DNA of 64,000 nt from Ruminococcus sp. UBA7013 (GTDB lineage Bacteria > Bacillota > Clostridia > Oscillospirales > Ruminococcaceae), in contig DJXD01000053.1 of NCBI GenBank assembly GCA_002449585.1, positions 63,781 to 127,780 of the forward strand, written 5' to 3'. This document shows positions 62,431 to 64,000 of the stretch, piece by piece. The notes under the pieces are model-generated. The model was not told the DNA's origin and made no database searches. It worked only from the letters and a program-made list of their open reading frames with translations. Each line of letters begins with the position of its first letter. Within the stretch, counting starts at the first letter, position 1. The translations under genes were made by a program, and so were the position numbers.

Positions 62431-62470
62431 AAATACAGATAAAACAAAGAATTCTGCCGCCGGGCAGAAA

Positions 62471-62528
62471 ACATTCGTTTCCATGTCGTTAGGCCTTTGA
62501 AGACATGCGGACGGATGTTATTTTTTTT
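62471..62528 (+). promoter_or_regulatory. Leader-embedded intrinsic terminator (candidate attenuator or riboswitch expression platform) upstream of pnuC
   Basis: A 17-position stem acattcgtttccatgtc/gacatgcggacggatgt (13 Watson-Crick pairs, 3 G-U, 1 mismatch), a 14-nt loop, then ta + T8. It lies between the promoter and the RBS AGAGGG (62532-62537). A small upstream hairpin ttctgcc-gccg-ggcagaa lies at 62452-62469. Confidence 0.6.
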
Positions 62529-62543
62529 GAAAGAGGGAATTTT

Positions 62544-63239
62544 ATGCAGCATTTTACAAAAATAGATCTGCTATTATGGAGCGGATCTATTCTGATGATA
62601 TTGCTTTCTTTTTTTGCATTTCAGGGCGGAAATATTCTGACATTGTGCGCTTCCCTGATCGGCGTGACTTCGCTGATCTTTGCGGCAAAAGGCAACCCAG
62701 CCGGACAGATACTTATGATTGCTTTCAGCCTGCTCTATGGCTGGATTTCTTACCAGGAAGCCTATTATGGCGAGATGATTACTTATTTGGGAATGACGAT
62801 GCCTATGGCAGTGATCTCGCTGATCTCATGGCTGAAACATCCCTATGAGGGAGACGCTTCACAAGTAGAAGTGAATCATGTTTCCCGAAAAGAGATCATA
62901 TTCATGCTGATTCTAACGTTTTTTGTAACAGCTGGCTTTTATCAGATTCTGAAATATTTTGATACAGCAAATTTATTATGCAGTACAATATCTGTCATGA
63001 CCAGTTTCATGGCTGTGTATCTCACATTCCGGAGAAGTCCGTATTTTGCCGCAGGATATGCGCTGAATGATATAATATTAATTATCTTGTGGGTGCTGGC
63101 TTCCCTGAAAAATCCAGATTGCAGCTCTATGATCATCTGCTTTGTCGTCTTTTTCATCAATGATATTTATGGATTTATCAGCTGGAAAAAGATGGAGAAA
63201 AGGCAGAACCAACAAAAAATATCATCAAAATTTGTGTAA
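62544..63239 (+). CDS. pnuC: PnuC-family nicotinamide riboside (or related vitamin) transporter
   Basis: About 230 aa, 7-8 TM helices, PnuC-like motifs (..FAAKGN..GQ....FSLLYG..SY....YGEM..). The start at 62544 follows the RBS. Confidence 0.75.
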   Translation: MQHFTKIDLLLWSGSILMILLSFFAFQGGNILTLCASLIGVTSLIFAAKGNPAGQILMIAFSLLYGWISYQEAYYGEMITYLGMTMPMAVISLISWLKHPYEGDASQVEVNHVSRKEIIFMLILTFFVTAGFYQILKYFDTANLLCSTISVMTSFMAVYLTFRRSPYFAAGYALNDIILIILWVLASLKNPDCSSMIICFVVFFINDIYGFISWKKMEKRQNQQKISSKFV

Positions 63240-63332
63240 ATTTGATATAGCATCAAAAGCAGGAATATGCTATAATAATCATGTATGTAAGTTTTTTTCC
63301 GGTAGAAAGATGATTTTTTTGAGGAGGATTTT

Positions 63333-64000
63333 ATGAAAAATTTTAAAAAAGCAGTCAGTGCTGTTATGGCTCTCGTGATGAGCTGTTCCGGATCTGCCCT
63401 TTTCGCTGTTGCGGAAGATACGACGGAGATCGAAGCTCTGCCCCTCGGTACGTATGAAGTAGAAACGCTTGAAGGTGCTGACACATGGACATCTATCTAT
63501 GAAACACAGTTACCCGGCTATTCCGGCGAAGGTTTCGCTTATCAAACCTCTAATCCGATTTCTTTCAATATCGAAGTCGAAGAGGAAGGTATGTATCAAA
63601 TTGATGTGAGAGCCTGCCAGATCCTCAGCGAAGAGGGAAGAATGCAGACCATTTCTATTAATAATATTGATTATACTTATAATATGCCCTATATTGATGC
63701 TTGGAAAGATGTCACTTTTGGCGTGTTCCGCCTGAAAGCTGGCGTGAATAGTATCGTTCTCAAGCCGCAGTATGGCTATGCTGCATATGATACCATCACA
63801 ATTGAAAAAGCTGTCCTCCCCGAAGTCAAGGGCTCAGCAGAAACTTGTGATCCCGATGCCACTCCCGAAGCCAAAGCATTATTAAAATATCTGAATTCTG
63901 TCTATGGCAAAAATATTCTTTCCGGTCAGCAGGAAATCTATGGCGGCGGTCATGGCAAAGAAACAACAATCCGCTATGATGCACAGTCAGATACTTGCGT
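63333..64000 (+). CDS. Secreted CBM35/CBM6-like + GH26-like (beta-mannanase-type) protein, N-terminal part; 3' end lies outside the window
   Basis: GAGGAGG RBS and a signal peptide MKNFKKAVSAVMALVMSCSGSALFAVA. CBM pattern (GYSGEGFAY....ISFNIEVEEEGMYQIDVRA....ISINN....W..V.FGVFRLKAGVNSIVL). It is followed by ..PEAKALLKYLNSVYGKNILSGQQE, typical of a GH26 N-terminus. The ORF is not in the supplied track because it has no stop codon in the window. Confidence 0.7.
   Translation, partial: MKNFKKAVSAVMALVMSCSGSALFAVAEDTTEIEALPLGTYEVETLEGADTWTSIYETQLPGYSGEGFAYQTSNPISFNIEVEEEGMYQIDVRACQILSEEGRMQTISINNIDYTYNMPYIDAWKDVTFGVFRLKAGVNSIVLKPQYGYAAYDTITIEKAVLPEVKGSAETCDPDATPEAKALLKYLNSVYGKNILSGQQEIYGGGHGKETTIRYDAQSDTC

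Noticed and set aside
1-64000. A search for mobile elements, prophage remnants, CRISPR-cas, restriction-modification or classical toxin-antitoxin and defence operons.
   Set aside because: No transposase, integrase, recombinase, Cas, methyltransferase-endonuclease pairs, terminal inverted repeats or tRNA-flanking direct repeats were recognisable. The tRNA cluster is followed directly by a terminator and an ordinary secreted-protein gene.

Overview
This is a 64-kb chromosomal segment from a low-GC (about 40% by eye) Clostridia genome. No rRNA, CRISPR array, transposase, integrase or phage genes were seen. The accessory content points to a cellulosome-producing, fibre-degrading Ruminococcus of the R. 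flavefaciens group. That content is a CBM22-GH10 xylanase with a dockerin, the start of a CBM-GH26 mannanase, stand-alone cohesin-dockerin adaptors, and a scaC-scaA-scaB-like scaffoldin cluster ending in an X-module plus atypical dockerin. The taxon is an inference only, because no database search was possible. The housekeeping backbone is: dnaK (partial)-dnaJ, asp23/DAK2/recG, a Val-Asp-Gly-Cys tRNA cluster, ddh, coaBC, a UDP-sugar pyrophosphorylase/FkbM/GNAT group, an FHA-RodA-PBP operon, hpf, pyrB, guaA, GTP-dependent PEPCK, a gerA-type germinant receptor operon, aroB-aroA-aroC, a SleB-like hydrolase and pnuC. Many transcription units have near-consensus TTGACA-N17-(TGn)TATAAT promoters and clear rho-independent terminators. 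Items worth a second look: (1) a 2,836-aa ScaB-like scaffoldin with about 14 cohesin-like modules in 4 sequence classes, near-identical tandem cohesin units, and 45-nt Thr-rich minisatellite linkers whose copy number rises along the gene; (2) a singleton protein fusing a HEPN-like Rx5H domain to a TerD-like domain that lacks the calcium-binding loop; (3) a GH43-like domain with no signal peptide fused through one TM helix to a four-module repeat region; (4) PyrB fused to only the zinc domain of PyrI; (5) a promoter-proximal intrinsic terminator in the pnuC leader, a candidate riboswitch or attenuator; (6) an LRR-dockerin gene broken by an in-frame stop. All family assignments come from motifs read by eye and need HMM or structure confirmation.
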